From Nautiliaceae bacterium (lineage in GTDB: Bacteria; Campylobacterota; Campylobacteria; Campylobacterales; Nautiliaceae), in contig JBDONT010000038.1 of NCBI GenBank assembly GCA_039831155.1, positions 1 through 35,516 on the forward strand: a stretch of 35,516 bases of DNA, written 5' to 3'. Position 1 is the first letter of the stretch. Every line of letters begins with the position of its first letter. The notes below the pieces were generated by a model. It was not told the origin of the DNA, searched no databases, and worked only from the letters and a program-made list of their open reading frames with translations. Below are positions 9,790-19,521 of the stretch, one piece after another. Position numbers and translations under genes: made by a program.

Positions 9790-11150
9790 AACATATTTTT
9801 AGAGAATATGATATAAGGGGTATTTTTAATAAGGATTTAAAAGAGGGTGTTGTTAAAAAAATAGGTTATTTTCTTGGAAAAAAGATTAATAAAGAGTATG
9901 TGTTTGTAAGCTATGATGCAAGGACTCATTCACCGATTCTTCATAATTGGCTTGTAAGCGGACTTAATAAAGCAGGTAAAAAAGTAATAAGTGGAGGAAT
10001 GCTTCCGACAGGTGCTAATTATTTTGCGAATTTTAGACCTTTGTGTGTTGAGAGTATCGGAAAAGTAGAAATAGGAGGAAGTATTCAAATAACAGGTTCT
10101 CACAATCCACCGGAATATAACGGATTTAAAATTACAATTGATAAAGCTCCTTTTTTCGGTAAAGATATTTATGCCCTGGGGGATGAAATTTTAAGCAGCG
10201 ATATAAAAATAGAAGATAATGAAGAAGTAATTGAATACGATTTAAAAAGTGATTATGTAGATTATCTGGCAAATCAATTTTCTCATTTAAAAGGGCTTGA
10301 TTTAAATGCGGTATTTGACTGCGGTAATGGTGTTGCCGGGGTTGTTTTAAGAGATGTTCTTGAAAGGGTAGGAGTTAAAAATTATGAAATTCTTTTTGAA
10401 AATCCGGACGGAACTTTTCCAAATCATCATCCGGACCCTACGGAAGAAGAAAATCTTGCATGGGTAAAAGAGGCTATTAAAAACGGAAGAGATTATGCGT
10501 TTGCATTTGACGGGGATGCCGATAGGATTGCGTTTTTGGATAAATATTATAACTACAAAGGTGATATCTTAGCTTACTTTTTTGCAAAAAATATGGATAA
10601 TCCTTGTGTTATTAGCGAAGTAAAAGCCACTCAAGTTATGTATGATGAAATAAATAAATTCGGACGTGCCATTATGTATAAAACGGGTCATAGTAATTTA
10701 AAAACTTTATTAAAAAAAGAAAATTGTGATTTGGCAGCAGAAGTGAGCGGACATATCTTCTTTAACGATAGATACTTCGGTATTGATGATGCTATTTATG
10801 TGGCTTTTAGGATAATGGAGCTTATAAAGAGTGGATTTAATTTTAAAGAAGAGTTTGAAAAACTTCCTCGTGTTTATAATACGGATGAGATAAAAGTAAA
10901 AACAACGGAAGATAAAAAGTTTAAAATAATTGAAGAGCTTAAAAAATATCTTCAAGAAAATAAAGAAAAATTTGCTATAAAAGAAATTGTAGATGTTGAC
11001 GGTGTGAGAGTTATTTTTGAAAACGGATGGGGGCTTGTAAGAGCTAGTAATACTACACCGGTACTTGTTACTAGATTTGAGGCTAAAACTACTGATGACT
11101 TACAAAAGATTAAAGAACTTCTAACAACTTCGTTAAATAAATTTCTTTAA
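9786..11150 (+). CDS. Phosphomannomutase/phosphoglucomutase
   Basis: FREYDIRG, ITGSHNP catalytic Ser loop, FDGDADR metal loop, EVSGH and RASNT. Confidence 0.94.
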   Translation: MKHIFREYDIRGIFNKDLKEGVVKKIGYFLGKKINKEYVFVSYDARTHSPILHNWLVSGLNKAGKKVISGGMLPTGANYFANFRPLCVESIGKVEIGGSIQITGSHNPPEYNGFKITIDKAPFFGKDIYALGDEILSSDIKIEDNEEVIEYDLKSDYVDYLANQFSHLKGLDLNAVFDCGNGVAGVVLRDVLERVGVKNYEILFENPDGTFPNHHPDPTEEENLAWVKEAIKNGRDYAFAFDGDADRIAFLDKYYNYKGDILAYFFAKNMDNPCVISEVKATQVMYDEINKFGRAIMYKTGHSNLKTLLKKENCDLAAEVSGHIFFNDRYFGIDDAIYVAFRIMELIKSGFNFKEEFEKLPRVYNTDEIKVKTTEDKKFKIIEELKKYLQENKEKFAIKEIVDVDGVRVIFENGWGLVRASNTTPVLVTRFEAKTTDDLQKIKELLTTSLNKFL

Positions 11151-11181
11151 TTTTTTTTCTTTCTTTTTTTACTTTATAAAG

Positions 11182-11202
11182 GTTGATTGACTCTGACTCA
11201 AT
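11182..11202. promoter_or_regulatory. HAIR-like operator (HspR-associated inverted repeat)
   Basis: GTTGATT-N7-ACTCAAT versus consensus CTTGAGT-N7-ACTCAAG; overlaps the -35 of the cbpA-hspR promoter. Confidence 0.75.
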
Positions 11203-11215
11203 TTTATTGTATAAT
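11187..11215 (+). promoter_or_regulatory. Sigma70-type promoter of cbpA-hspR
   Basis: TTGACT (11187-11192), 17 bp spacer, TATAAT (11210-11215). Confidence 0.7.
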
Positions 11216-11259
11216 GTTGCAATAAAATTGCATATATTGTATAATTCAAAGGAGGGGAA

Positions 11260-12126
11260 ATGAGTAAAAGTTTATATGAAGTATTAGGTGTTAGTGAAAA
11301 CGCTACACAAGATGAAATCAAAAAAGCTTATAGAAAATTAGCAAGGAAATATCACCCGGATATTTGTAAAAAACCGGAATGTGAAGAAAAGTTTAAAGAA
11401 ATCAATACTGCTTATGAAATTTTAGGTGACCCGGAAAAAAGAAAGCAGTATGACCAAATGGGTGATAGTATGTTTAACGGTCAAAATTTTCAAGACTTTT
11501 ATAGACAGCATAAAGATGTGGATTTAGAAGATATCTTGTCTCAAATTTTCGGTGGAGGATTTTCAAGAACCACATACGGAAGCAGAGGTGGATTTGGTGG
11601 TTTCGGATTTGACGGATTCGGAGGTTTTGGTGGAGGTTTTGCTCCGGATTTGGATATCCACGCTACTATTAAGATACCGTTTGATTTAGCGATGAAAGGT
11701 GGTGTTTATAGTATCAACCTAAACGGTGAGACTATAAAAGTTAAAATACCAGAAGGTATTAAAACTGGACAAAAATTAAGAGTTAGAAGAAAAGGTAAGA
11801 CTTTTCAGGGGCAAAGAGGTGATTTGATTTTAGAAGTTGAAGTTACTCCGTCTCCAGAATGGGAAAGAAAAGGTGATGATTTATATAAAAAAATTGATGT
11901 ACCTTTAAAAACAATGATTTTTGGTGGAAAAGTAGGTGTGGATACCTTTAAAGGGCATATTAATGTAAAAGTACCTCAAAACTCTAAATGTTGTCAAAAA
12001 TTAAGAGTTAAAGGATATGGAGTTAAAAATGGAGACTTATATCTTGAGTTAAGACCTATATTGCCGAAAGTTGAAAAACTTGATGAAGAGTTGGCAAAAC
12101 TTATGCAGGAGAAATTACCGTCATAA
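11260..12126 (+). CDS. cbpA: DnaJ-class co-chaperone CbpA
   Basis: J-domain with HPD, G/F-rich linker, C-terminal DnaJ domain, no zinc finger; followed by hspR. Confidence 0.88.
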   Translation: MSKSLYEVLGVSENATQDEIKKAYRKLARKYHPDICKKPECEEKFKEINTAYEILGDPEKRKQYDQMGDSMFNGQNFQDFYRQHKDVDLEDILSQIFGGGFSRTTYGSRGGFGGFGFDGFGGFGGGFAPDLDIHATIKIPFDLAMKGGVYSINLNGETIKVKIPEGIKTGQKLRVRRKGKTFQGQRGDLILEVEVTPSPEWERKGDDLYKKIDVPLKTMIFGGKVGVDTFKGHINVKVPQNSKCCQKLRVKGYGVKNGDLYLELRPILPKVEKLDEELAKLMQEKLPS

Positions 12127-12147
12127 TCTCATAAAAGGAGGTGAGCT

Positions 12148-12513
12148 ATGTATAGTTATGACGAACCGGTTTATTTAATCAGTGTAGTTAGTAAAATATT
12201 AAATATTCACCCTCAAACTCTTAGACAATATGAAAGAGAAGGGCTTATTAAGCCTAGCAGAACCGAAGGCAAAATGAGATTATATTCTCAAAGAGATATT
12301 GACAGGCTAAAGCTTATTTTATCTTTAGTAAGAGACCTTGGAGTTAATTTAGCCGGAGTTGAGATTATTTTACAGCTTAAAGAAGAGATTGAAGAGTTGC
12401 AAAAAGAGATTGAGATTTTAAAAAAACAACAAGGGCAAATTCCTAGAAATAGAAGTGTGATAATAAAAAAAGAAAATTATCAACTTATTTTGGTTCCTAA
12501 TAGAGAAAATTAG
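12148..12513 (+). CDS. hspR: Heat-shock transcriptional repressor HspR (MerR family)
   Basis: YDEPVYLISVV...IHPQTLRQYEREGL..P.RT.G..RLYSQRDI...GVNLAGV. Confidence 0.93.
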   Translation: MYSYDEPVYLISVVSKILNIHPQTLRQYEREGLIKPSRTEGKMRLYSQRDIDRLKLILSLVRDLGVNLAGVEIILQLKEEIEELQKEIEILKKQQGQIPRNRSVIIKKENYQLILVPNREN

Positions 12514-15359
12514 AATAAGTTAAAAGGTAATGTTACCGCTCTTTTAAATAGTTCGAAAGGAGAGAGTAAAATCTCTTTTCCTAAATCTTGCTCCACTTGA
12601 GGATTGTTTATATCTCCTTTTACTATAATTTTTACATCTATTCCCCCGTCTTTCCCAAAAATTAGATAACTTAAACCTTTGCCTATAATAGGTATTTTTT
12701 TGATTTTTATTTTCATATTTGCAGTAATTTTAATAAAGAGGTAGTTTTTATTGAAATCTACATATCCTTTTGCGTAAAAAGCAAGGTTTGTTCCTATTAT
12801 TTTTGCTTGTTTTATGTAAAGGATGTTTTTATAAAGTAAATAATTAATAAATCCGTTTTTTATTTTATAGCCTTTGGATGAAAATCCCGGTGATGATAAA
12901 GATAAAATAGAAGGAATAGTATTTATAAATGCAATTACGTTGTTTAATGTTTTTAGCTGATTCACCACCGCATGTTTAATATAAACTTTTCCACTATAAA
13001 AATCATCTGGAGATTTAACGAAAATAAAGTCCAGATCAATTTTTTTAAAAAAATCAAATTCGGGTAAAAAGGCTTTGAATTCTTCATTTGAAAAATTATT
13101 TCCCTCCATTAAGAAATAACCTTGTTTCGAATAACCTTTAATGGAGGAATGTTTATATGAAGATGTAATTGAAAAGTTGGAATTTTTATACAAAAGATTA
13201 GCTTTTTCAGATAAGAATTTATGATTTTTATATAAAATATTTGTATTTGTAGTCTTGATATTTATATTATTAGTGTTTTTTGAGGAGTTGTTTTCATTTT
13301 TGAATAATATTTTTTCTAAAGGAAATAAGTCGATATCTATATTATGTAATTCGGTTGAAATATTATTATGCTTTAATTGTAATCTTAAAAATCGGTTTGT
13401 AATTTCAATATTGTTATTTTTTATAAATATTTGAATCGGGATGTGAGTAATCGGTATTTTTGTTTTTGATGTGATTATTTGATTATTATGTTTAAAAAAT
13501 ATAGGAAGTTTAGGTGTAAAATAGGAATAGATATTAATAATTCCTTTATATGTGACATAAAGGATTCCGTTATCTATAAAATCTCTTAAAATAGTATGTT
13601 TTAGTAGTTCTTTTAAAGGGGAGACAATTAGATATTTTTCTTTTAAATTTATTAATATATGAGTTTTTTTTGTTGTTAAAGTATTTGATTTTAGATCCAT
13701 TGTTATAATTTCTTTGTAATTTGTAAACTTTATTATGTTTTTAAAGTGAAAAGTTAATTTTATATTCGATAATATGTTTTTTTTATTTAAATCAATCGAA
13801 CCATTCGAATCGAAAAATATTTTTGCATTTTGTAAATTGAGTATATTGTTTTTCGAATCAAATTTAATATTATCGTTGTTTAATATCGCATTTGTTTCTT
13901 GTGTGCTTAATTTTAAGTTTTCTATTCCAAAAACGGCATTTTTGATGCTTAATTGAGAATATATTTTTAAAGGATTTAATTTTAAAGAGGTAAAAAGATA
14001 ATTTTCTCCTTTAGTTTGGATTATAGGTATTTTTGTTTTAGTAAGTATTTTAATTATTTTTCTTAATTTGTCGTTTAAAAGGAGATTCGAATAAAAGGTA
14101 AGTGTATCGGAATTTAAATCATATGAAATATTGTATATTTTTATGGAGTTTATAAGAGCGAATTTTGCTTGTAATTTTTTATTGATTGATAATACGGTAT
14201 CTATTATTAAAATGGGAATGTTTTTAAAGTTTCCTTTTATAGTGGGAATTATTATTTGAGTTTCGTTGCCTTGCAAAAAAGGGGAATAAAATATTGTTTG
14301 TTGTTTCGGTATAAAGCATCTTATATTTTTAATGTAAAAAATCGGTTTTTTTATTTTATTAAAAATTAAGTTTTCGGCGGATATATTAAAATCTTTTAAA
14401 TTACCCGTAATTTTTTTAACGTTGAAATTAATATTTTTATTAAGAAGATTTAGAGAGTTGTTTTTTAAAGTTATTATATTTGTCGGATTTTTGATATTTA
14501 TTTTAATTAGAGGGGATTTGGCGTATAAGTAATTATATTTTAAGGAATATGATAAATTTAAATCTTTTATAAAAATTTTTTTCGGTTGAATAATATTTAC
14601 AGACGTATTATTTATTTTAAGTTTGTAATTTTTTAGATGTAAAACGGTATTGTCGGAATAAATTAAATAATTTTTATATTTTAATTTTATGTTTTTTAGA
14701 TAAGCTTTTATAATTAAATCGGAATTTAATAAAATTGAGGCGTTAATATCGCTTTTTAATGTTAAGTTTTTATTAAATGTAAAATTTTTGATGAATAATT
14801 TAGTGAAAATAAAACTTGGTTTTATTGATGTTTTCAGATAAGCTTTTTTTTGATTGATTTCAAAATTTGAAGAAAAGAAAAGAAAATCCGATTTTATTTC
14901 TGGCTCTATTAGTAGATTATTTATTTTTATATTGTATTTCGGAAAGCACATTTCTTCTATATTCATATAAAATTTGTTAGAATTTAAAATAGCTTTAAGG
15001 GTTAATTCGTTAGAAAGAATTTTTAGGTTTTGATTTTTAAAAAAAACATTATATTGATTATTGTTAAGGATTAATTTTTTTATTTGTATTTTTTCAAAAT
15101 AATTTAATAATTTTAATTCTTCTTTTATTTTTAAGAAATTTAATTTGCTTTTTTTATTCTTTTTTTGATTTTTTATAATTAATCCGTTTATTTTAAGTAC
15201 AATTTTATTATTTAATTTTACGAAAAGGTGTTTTACGGTTATGTTTTCTAATTTTAAATTTTTTAAAGAAATACCTTTAAATAGGCTGATGAAAATTACT
15301 ATAAAACATAAAAAAGCGGTTAAAATAATAGATTGTATAGAAGTTTTAATGATATTCAC
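12510..15359 (-). CDS. AsmA-like/YhdP-family envelope protein
   Basis: GTG start with AAGGA RBS, N-terminal TM helix, long beta-rich body, C-terminal NNVIAFINTIPS..PGFS..GY and KIPIIG..YLIFGKDG..G..NNP.V; adjacent to mltG. Confidence 0.8.
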   Translation of the reverse strand: MNIIKTSIQSIILTAFLCFIVIFISLFKGISLKNLKLENITVKHLFVKLNNKIVLKINGLIIKNQKKNKKSKLNFLKIKEELKLLNYFEKIQIKKLILNNNQYNVFFKNQNLKILSNELTLKAILNSNKFYMNIEEMCFPKYNIKINNLLIEPEIKSDFLFFSSNFEINQKKAYLKTSIKPSFIFTKLFIKNFTFNKNLTLKSDINASILLNSDLIIKAYLKNIKLKYKNYLIYSDNTVLHLKNYKLKINNTSVNIIQPKKIFIKDLNLSYSLKYNYLYAKSPLIKINIKNPTNIITLKNNSLNLLNKNINFNVKKITGNLKDFNISAENLIFNKIKKPIFYIKNIRCFIPKQQTIFYSPFLQGNETQIIIPTIKGNFKNIPILIIDTVLSINKKLQAKFALINSIKIYNISYDLNSDTLTFYSNLLLNDKLRKIIKILTKTKIPIIQTKGENYLFTSLKLNPLKIYSQLSIKNAVFGIENLKLSTQETNAILNNDNIKFDSKNNILNLQNAKIFFDSNGSIDLNKKNILSNIKLTFHFKNIIKFTNYKEIITMDLKSNTLTTKKTHILINLKEKYLIVSPLKELLKHTILRDFIDNGILYVTYKGIINIYSYFTPKLPIFFKHNNQIITSKTKIPITHIPIQIFIKNNNIEITNRFLRLQLKHNNISTELHNIDIDLFPLEKILFKNENNSSKNTNNINIKTTNTNILYKNHKFLSEKANLLYKNSNFSITSSYKHSSIKGYSKQGYFLMEGNNFSNEEFKAFLPEFDFFKKIDLDFIFVKSPDDFYSGKVYIKHAVVNQLKTLNNVIAFINTIPSILSLSSPGFSSKGYKIKNGFINYLLYKNILYIKQAKIIGTNLAFYAKGYVDFNKNYLFIKITANMKIKIKKIPIIGKGLSYLIFGKDGGIDVKIIVKGDINNPQVEQDLGKEILLSPFELFKRAVTLPFNLF

Positions 15360-16215
15360 GATTTTTATCCTTTTTTATTTTACTCAAAAAATAACCACTT
15401 CCAGAGTTGTATATATCCCTAAAGGTAGTGTAAATTATACAATAAAATCTTTACAAAAAAGAGGTTTTAATGTGGGTATTATTGATAAAGCGGTTCTTTA
15501 TTTTATCGGTAAACCTCAAGCCGGATGGATTGATTTAAAATCAACTTCTCTTACTCAACTTGATTTTCTTTATAAATTAACAACGTCAAAAGCGGCTTTA
15601 CAAAAAATTGTTATTATTCCGGGAGAAACTTCATATTTTGTTTATAATCAGATAGATTCTAAGCTTAAGTTACCTTATTTTAAATGCGATATTCCAGAAG
15701 GGTTTTTAAAACCTGACACTTATTTATTACCTATCGGAATGAGTAGAGAAAATGTTTGTAGATATCTTTATAATAATTCTTTGATGTATCATAAAATGAT
15801 AAGTAATAAAATTTTCGGTACTTACGATTATGATAAATATAGGAGATATTTAATTATTGCAAGTATTATTCAAAAAGAGGCTGCAAATAAAAAAGAGATG
15901 AAAAAGATAAGTTCTGTAATTTACAATAGATTAAAAAAACATATGAAACTTCAAATGGACGGAAGTTTGAATTACGGAAAATATTCTCATATAAAAATTA
16001 CTCCTAAAAGAATAAGAAGCGATAAGAGTCGTTTTAATACCTATAGATATTACGGGCTTCCTCTAGAAGCTGTTTGCATACCTTCAAAAGAGGCGATAAT
16101 CGCAGCTATTTTTCCTTTAAAAACCGATTATCTTTATTTTTACAAGTGTGAGAAAAAACATCTTTTTTCTGTTAGTTATAAGCAGCATTTAAAAAATATT
16201 AAAAGATGTAAATAG
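15289..16215 (+). CDS. mltG: Endolytic transglycosylase MltG
   Basis: IPGET, EG...PDTY, IIASIIQKEA, SVIYNRL...M.LQMDG and NTY...GLP. The start is uncertain (ATG 15289 chosen; 15241 or 15349 possible). Confidence 0.88.
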   Translation: MKITIKHKKAVKIIDCIEVLMIFTIFILFYFTQKITTSRVVYIPKGSVNYTIKSLQKRGFNVGIIDKAVLYFIGKPQAGWIDLKSTSLTQLDFLYKLTTSKAALQKIVIIPGETSYFVYNQIDSKLKLPYFKCDIPEGFLKPDTYLLPIGMSRENVCRYLYNNSLMYHKMISNKIFGTYDYDKYRRYLIIASIIQKEAANKKEMKKISSVIYNRLKKHMKLQMDGSLNYGKYSHIKITPKRIRSDKSRFNTYRYYGLPLEAVCIPSKEAIIAAIFPLKTDYLYFYKCEKKHLFSVSYKQHLKNIKRCK

Positions 16216-16271
16216 TTTCTTTTTGTAACATTTGTAAATAAATAAAAATCAGAATTGTTACTTTTCGTATA
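16215..16271. promoter_or_regulatory. Two GTTWC-N5-GWAAC-like sites upstream of icd
   Basis: GTTTC-TTTTT-GTAAC (16215-16229) and GTTAC-TTTTC-GTATA (16257-16271), followed by extended -10 TGATAAAAT (16278-16286). Confidence 0.5.
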
Positions 16272-16315
16272 AAAAACTGATAAAATTTAATAATAAAAAA
16301 TTAAAAGGAGAGTTT

Positions 16316-18532
16316 ATGAAGCCTACAATCGTATGGACAAAAATAGACGAAGCACCATATTTGGCAACATTCAGCTTACTACCAATCGTAGAAGCTTTTA
16401 CAAAAGATGCTAATGTAAATATTGAGTTAAGAGATATTTCTCTTGCCGGAAGAGTTATCGCAGAATTTTCCGATATGTTACCGGAGAATTTAAGACAACC
16501 GGATGAACTTGCTTATTTAGGTGAATTAGTAAATAAACCGGAAGCAAACGTAATTAAACTTCCAAACATTTCAGCGTCAATTCCACAACTTGTTGCTACA
16601 ATTAAAGAACTTCAATCTCAAGGATACCCTCTACCGGATTTCCCGGAAGAACCAAAAACAGCAGAAGAGGAAAAAATCAGATTAAAATATTTAAAATGTG
16701 TAGGTTCTAACGTTAACCCGGTACTTAGACAAGGTAACTCCGATAGAAGACTTGCAGAACCTGTAAAAGATTACGCAAAAATGCATCCACACAGTATGAA
16801 ATCAGTAGAGTCTACAAGTAAATCTTATGTAGATCATATGGATAAAAACGACTTTTATGCAAATGAAAAGAGCTTCACTGCTCCAAGAGATATGAAAGTT
16901 AAATTTATTTTCGAAGATAAAGACGGAAATAAAAAAGAACTTAAAGAAATTGAACTTCAAGAAGGTGAAGTATTTTCAGCTACATTCTTAAACAGAAAAA
17001 CTCTTAGAGACTTCTATGAAGAAGTAATTAAAGATGCAAAAGATAAAGATATTCTATTTAGTTTACATTTAAAAGCTACAATGATGAAAGTTTCTGACCC
17101 GGTAATGTTTGGGGATGCTATTAGAGTGTACTATAAAGAACTTTTCGATAAATTCGGAAAAGAACTGGAAGAAATCGGATTTAATCCGAACAACGGTTTA
17201 AGTGACTTAGAAGCAAAACTTTCTAAACTTCCGGAAGATAAACAAGAAGCTATTAAAGCTACTTTAAAAGAAATCTATGCAAAACAACCAAGACAATATA
17301 TGGTAGACAGTGATAAAGGTATTACAAACCTTCACAGACCAAACGATGTGATTGTTGACGCTTCAATTCCGGCAGTTATCAAAAACGGACTTAAAGGTTG
17401 GGGACCGGACGGTGAAGTTGAAGATTGTGTAATTACGGTTCCGGATAGAACATATGCAAGAATGTATAAAGAAATTGTAGCTGATATCGTTAAACACGGA
17501 CAATTTGACCCTACAAAAATCGGAACGGTTCAAAACGTTGGTCTTATGGCTATGAAAGCTGAAGAGTACGGAAGCCACGATAAAACATTCTTCCCACCAA
17601 AGGAAGGTAGAATTTATGTAGAAGATGATCAAGGTAATGAAATTATGAGTCATGAAATGGATGCCGGAGATATTTACAGAGCATATACTGCTAAAGATAT
17701 CGCTATTAAAGACTGGATTAAACTTGCAGTAAATAGAGCAAAAGATAGTGGATATCCAATTGTATTCTGGCTTGACAGCAACAGAGCACACGATGCCGAA
17801 CTTATCAAAAAAGTTATTAAATATCTACCGGAACACGACCTTGAAGGAGTTGAATATTATATTCTAGCTCCGGAACAAGCAATGAAATACACATTACCAA
17901 GATTTAGAGCAGGGCTTGGAACAATTTCTGTAACAGGTAACGTACTTAGAGACTATTTAACTGACCTTTTCCCAATTATTGAAGTTGGTACAAGTGCAAG
18001 AACTCTATCAATCGTTCCGTTACTTGCAGGTGGAGGATTGTTTGAAACAGGTGCTGGTGGTTCAGCTCCAAAACACGTTGAGCAATTCATTAGAGAAGGT
18101 CACTTAAGATGGGATAGTTTGGGTGAATTCCTAGCATTGGTAGAATCTTTAAAACTAGCTAAAAAACAAGGTGGAAGCGAAGAAATTACAACAATCGCAG
18201 AAGCTCTAAACAGAGCGGTAGGTAAATATCTACAAAATGATAAAACTCCAAAAAGAAAAGTTGGTCAACTTGATAACAGAGGAAGTCACTATTATTTAGC
18301 AAGATATTGGGCGGAAGAACTTGCAAACTGTGGTAATCCTACTCTTGAAGCTAAATTTAGACCGGTTGCAAAAGAACTTAAAGAAAATGAAGAAAAAATC
18401 TTAGAAGAAATTAGAGCGGTTGAAGGTAAACCTTGTGATATCGAAGGATATTATCATCCGAATGAAGAAAAAGTAGCTAAATGTATGAGACCAAGTGCTA
18501 CATTTAATAAAATTATTGATGCTTTAAGATAA
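16316..18532 (+). CDS. icd: Monomeric NADP-dependent isocitrate dehydrogenase
   Basis: 738 aa; DEAP.LAT, IKLPNISAS, NPVLRQGNSDRR, HLKATMMKVSDP and FETGAGGSAPKH. Confidence 0.96.
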   Translation: MKPTIVWTKIDEAPYLATFSLLPIVEAFTKDANVNIELRDISLAGRVIAEFSDMLPENLRQPDELAYLGELVNKPEANVIKLPNISASIPQLVATIKELQSQGYPLPDFPEEPKTAEEEKIRLKYLKCVGSNVNPVLRQGNSDRRLAEPVKDYAKMHPHSMKSVESTSKSYVDHMDKNDFYANEKSFTAPRDMKVKFIFEDKDGNKKELKEIELQEGEVFSATFLNRKTLRDFYEEVIKDAKDKDILFSLHLKATMMKVSDPVMFGDAIRVYYKELFDKFGKELEEIGFNPNNGLSDLEAKLSKLPEDKQEAIKATLKEIYAKQPRQYMVDSDKGITNLHRPNDVIVDASIPAVIKNGLKGWGPDGEVEDCVITVPDRTYARMYKEIVADIVKHGQFDPTKIGTVQNVGLMAMKAEEYGSHDKTFFPPKEGRIYVEDDQGNEIMSHEMDAGDIYRAYTAKDIAIKDWIKLAVNRAKDSGYPIVFWLDSNRAHDAELIKKVIKYLPEHDLEGVEYYILAPEQAMKYTLPRFRAGLGTISVTGNVLRDYLTDLFPIIEVGTSARTLSIVPLLAGGGLFETGAGGSAPKHVEQFIREGHLRWDSLGEFLALVESLKLAKKQGGSEEITTIAEALNRAVGKYLQNDKTPKRKVGQLDNRGSHYYLARYWAEELANCGNPTLEAKFRPVAKELKENEEKILEEIRAVEGKPCDIEGYYHPNEEKVAKCMRPSATFNKIIDALR

Positions 18533-18553
18533 CCCTTTGGGTTGTCTTTTTAT
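18526..18553 (+). terminator. Intrinsic terminator after icd
   Basis: AAGATAACCC-TTT-GGGTTGTCTT stem-loop followed by a T run. Confidence 0.6.
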
Positions 18554-18570
18554 TTTTGTAAAGGATAAAG

Positions 18571-19521
18571 ATGTCAAATAAAGTATCAATTGTAGGTGCA
18601 GGAAATGTTGGAAGTATTGTGGCGTATTCTCTTGCAATGCAAGGGCTTGCTCATGAAATTATTTTAGTTGACAGAGATACTGACAGAGCTAAAGGTAAAG
18701 CACTTGATATGAGCCATGCTGCAAGTGCCGTGAGAAGCCATTCCATTGTAAGAGCAGCTGAGAGTTATGAAGATGTAAGAGGAAGTAAAGTTGTTGTTAT
18801 TACTGCCGGATTTCCAAGAAAACCAGGAATGACAAGAGAGGATTTACTTCTTAAAAATGCAGAAATTATGAAAGAAGTTGTTACAAACGTAAAAGAAGTT
18901 GCTCCGGAAGCTATCTTAATAGTCGTATCAAATCCACTTGACGCAATGACTTATACCGCTTTAAAAATATCGGGTTTTCCTAAAAATAGAGTTATTGGAA
19001 TGGCCGGAATACTTGATAGTGCTAGAATGGCTTATTTTATTTATGAAAAATTGGGTTATGGTGCAGGTCAAATTAGAGCCAGTGTGATCGGAGGGCATGG
19101 AGATTTTATGGTCCCACTTCCTAAATATTCAACTGTGGCCGGAGTTCCTTTAAGTGATTTACTTTCTCAAAAAGAGATTGATGAGGTGGTGGAAAGAACT
19201 AAGCACGCTGGTGCCGAAATAGTAGGATATCTTAAAACCGGTAGTGCATATTTCGCTCCTGGAAAATCAACAGCTATTATGGTTGAAGCAATTTTAAAAG
19301 ATTCTAAACAGATTTTTCCTTGTGCAGCTTATTTAGACGGAGAATATGGGTATAAGGATATTGTAAACGGTGTACCGGTTATGATAGGAAAAGACGGAGC
19401 GGAAAAAGTTATTGAAGTAACTCTTGACCCTTGTGAAAAAGAGATGTTTAGAAAAAGTGTAAAAGCGGTTGAAGAGATGGTTGAAATTTTAAACAAAGAT
19501 TTTTTAAAGGATGTAAAATGA
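18571..19521 (+). CDS. mdh: Malate dehydrogenase (LDH-like)
   Basis: GAGNVG, TAGFPRKPGMTREDL (Arg specificity residue), VSNPLD, LDSAR and GGHGD. Confidence 0.93.
   Translation: MSNKVSIVGAGNVGSIVAYSLAMQGLAHEIILVDRDTDRAKGKALDMSHAASAVRSHSIVRAAESYEDVRGSKVVVITAGFPRKPGMTREDLLLKNAEIMKEVVTNVKEVAPEAILIVVSNPLDAMTYTALKISGFPKNRVIGMAGILDSARMAYFIYEKLGYGAGQIRASVIGGHGDFMVPLPKYSTVAGVPLSDLLSQKEIDEVVERTKHAGAEIVGYLKTGSAYFAPGKSTAIMVEAILKDSKQIFPCAAYLDGEYGYKDIVNGVPVMIGKDGAEKVIEVTLDPCEKEMFRKSVKAVEEMVEILNKDFLKDVK

Noticed and set aside
11581-11640. GGT/GGA-TTT repeats in cbpA
   Set aside because: They encode the normal G/F-rich DnaJ linker.
12510-15359. Very low GC suggesting horizontal transfer
   Set aside because: The AsmA-like gene is in its conserved position beside mltG; the bias fits a fast-evolving K/N/I-rich protein.
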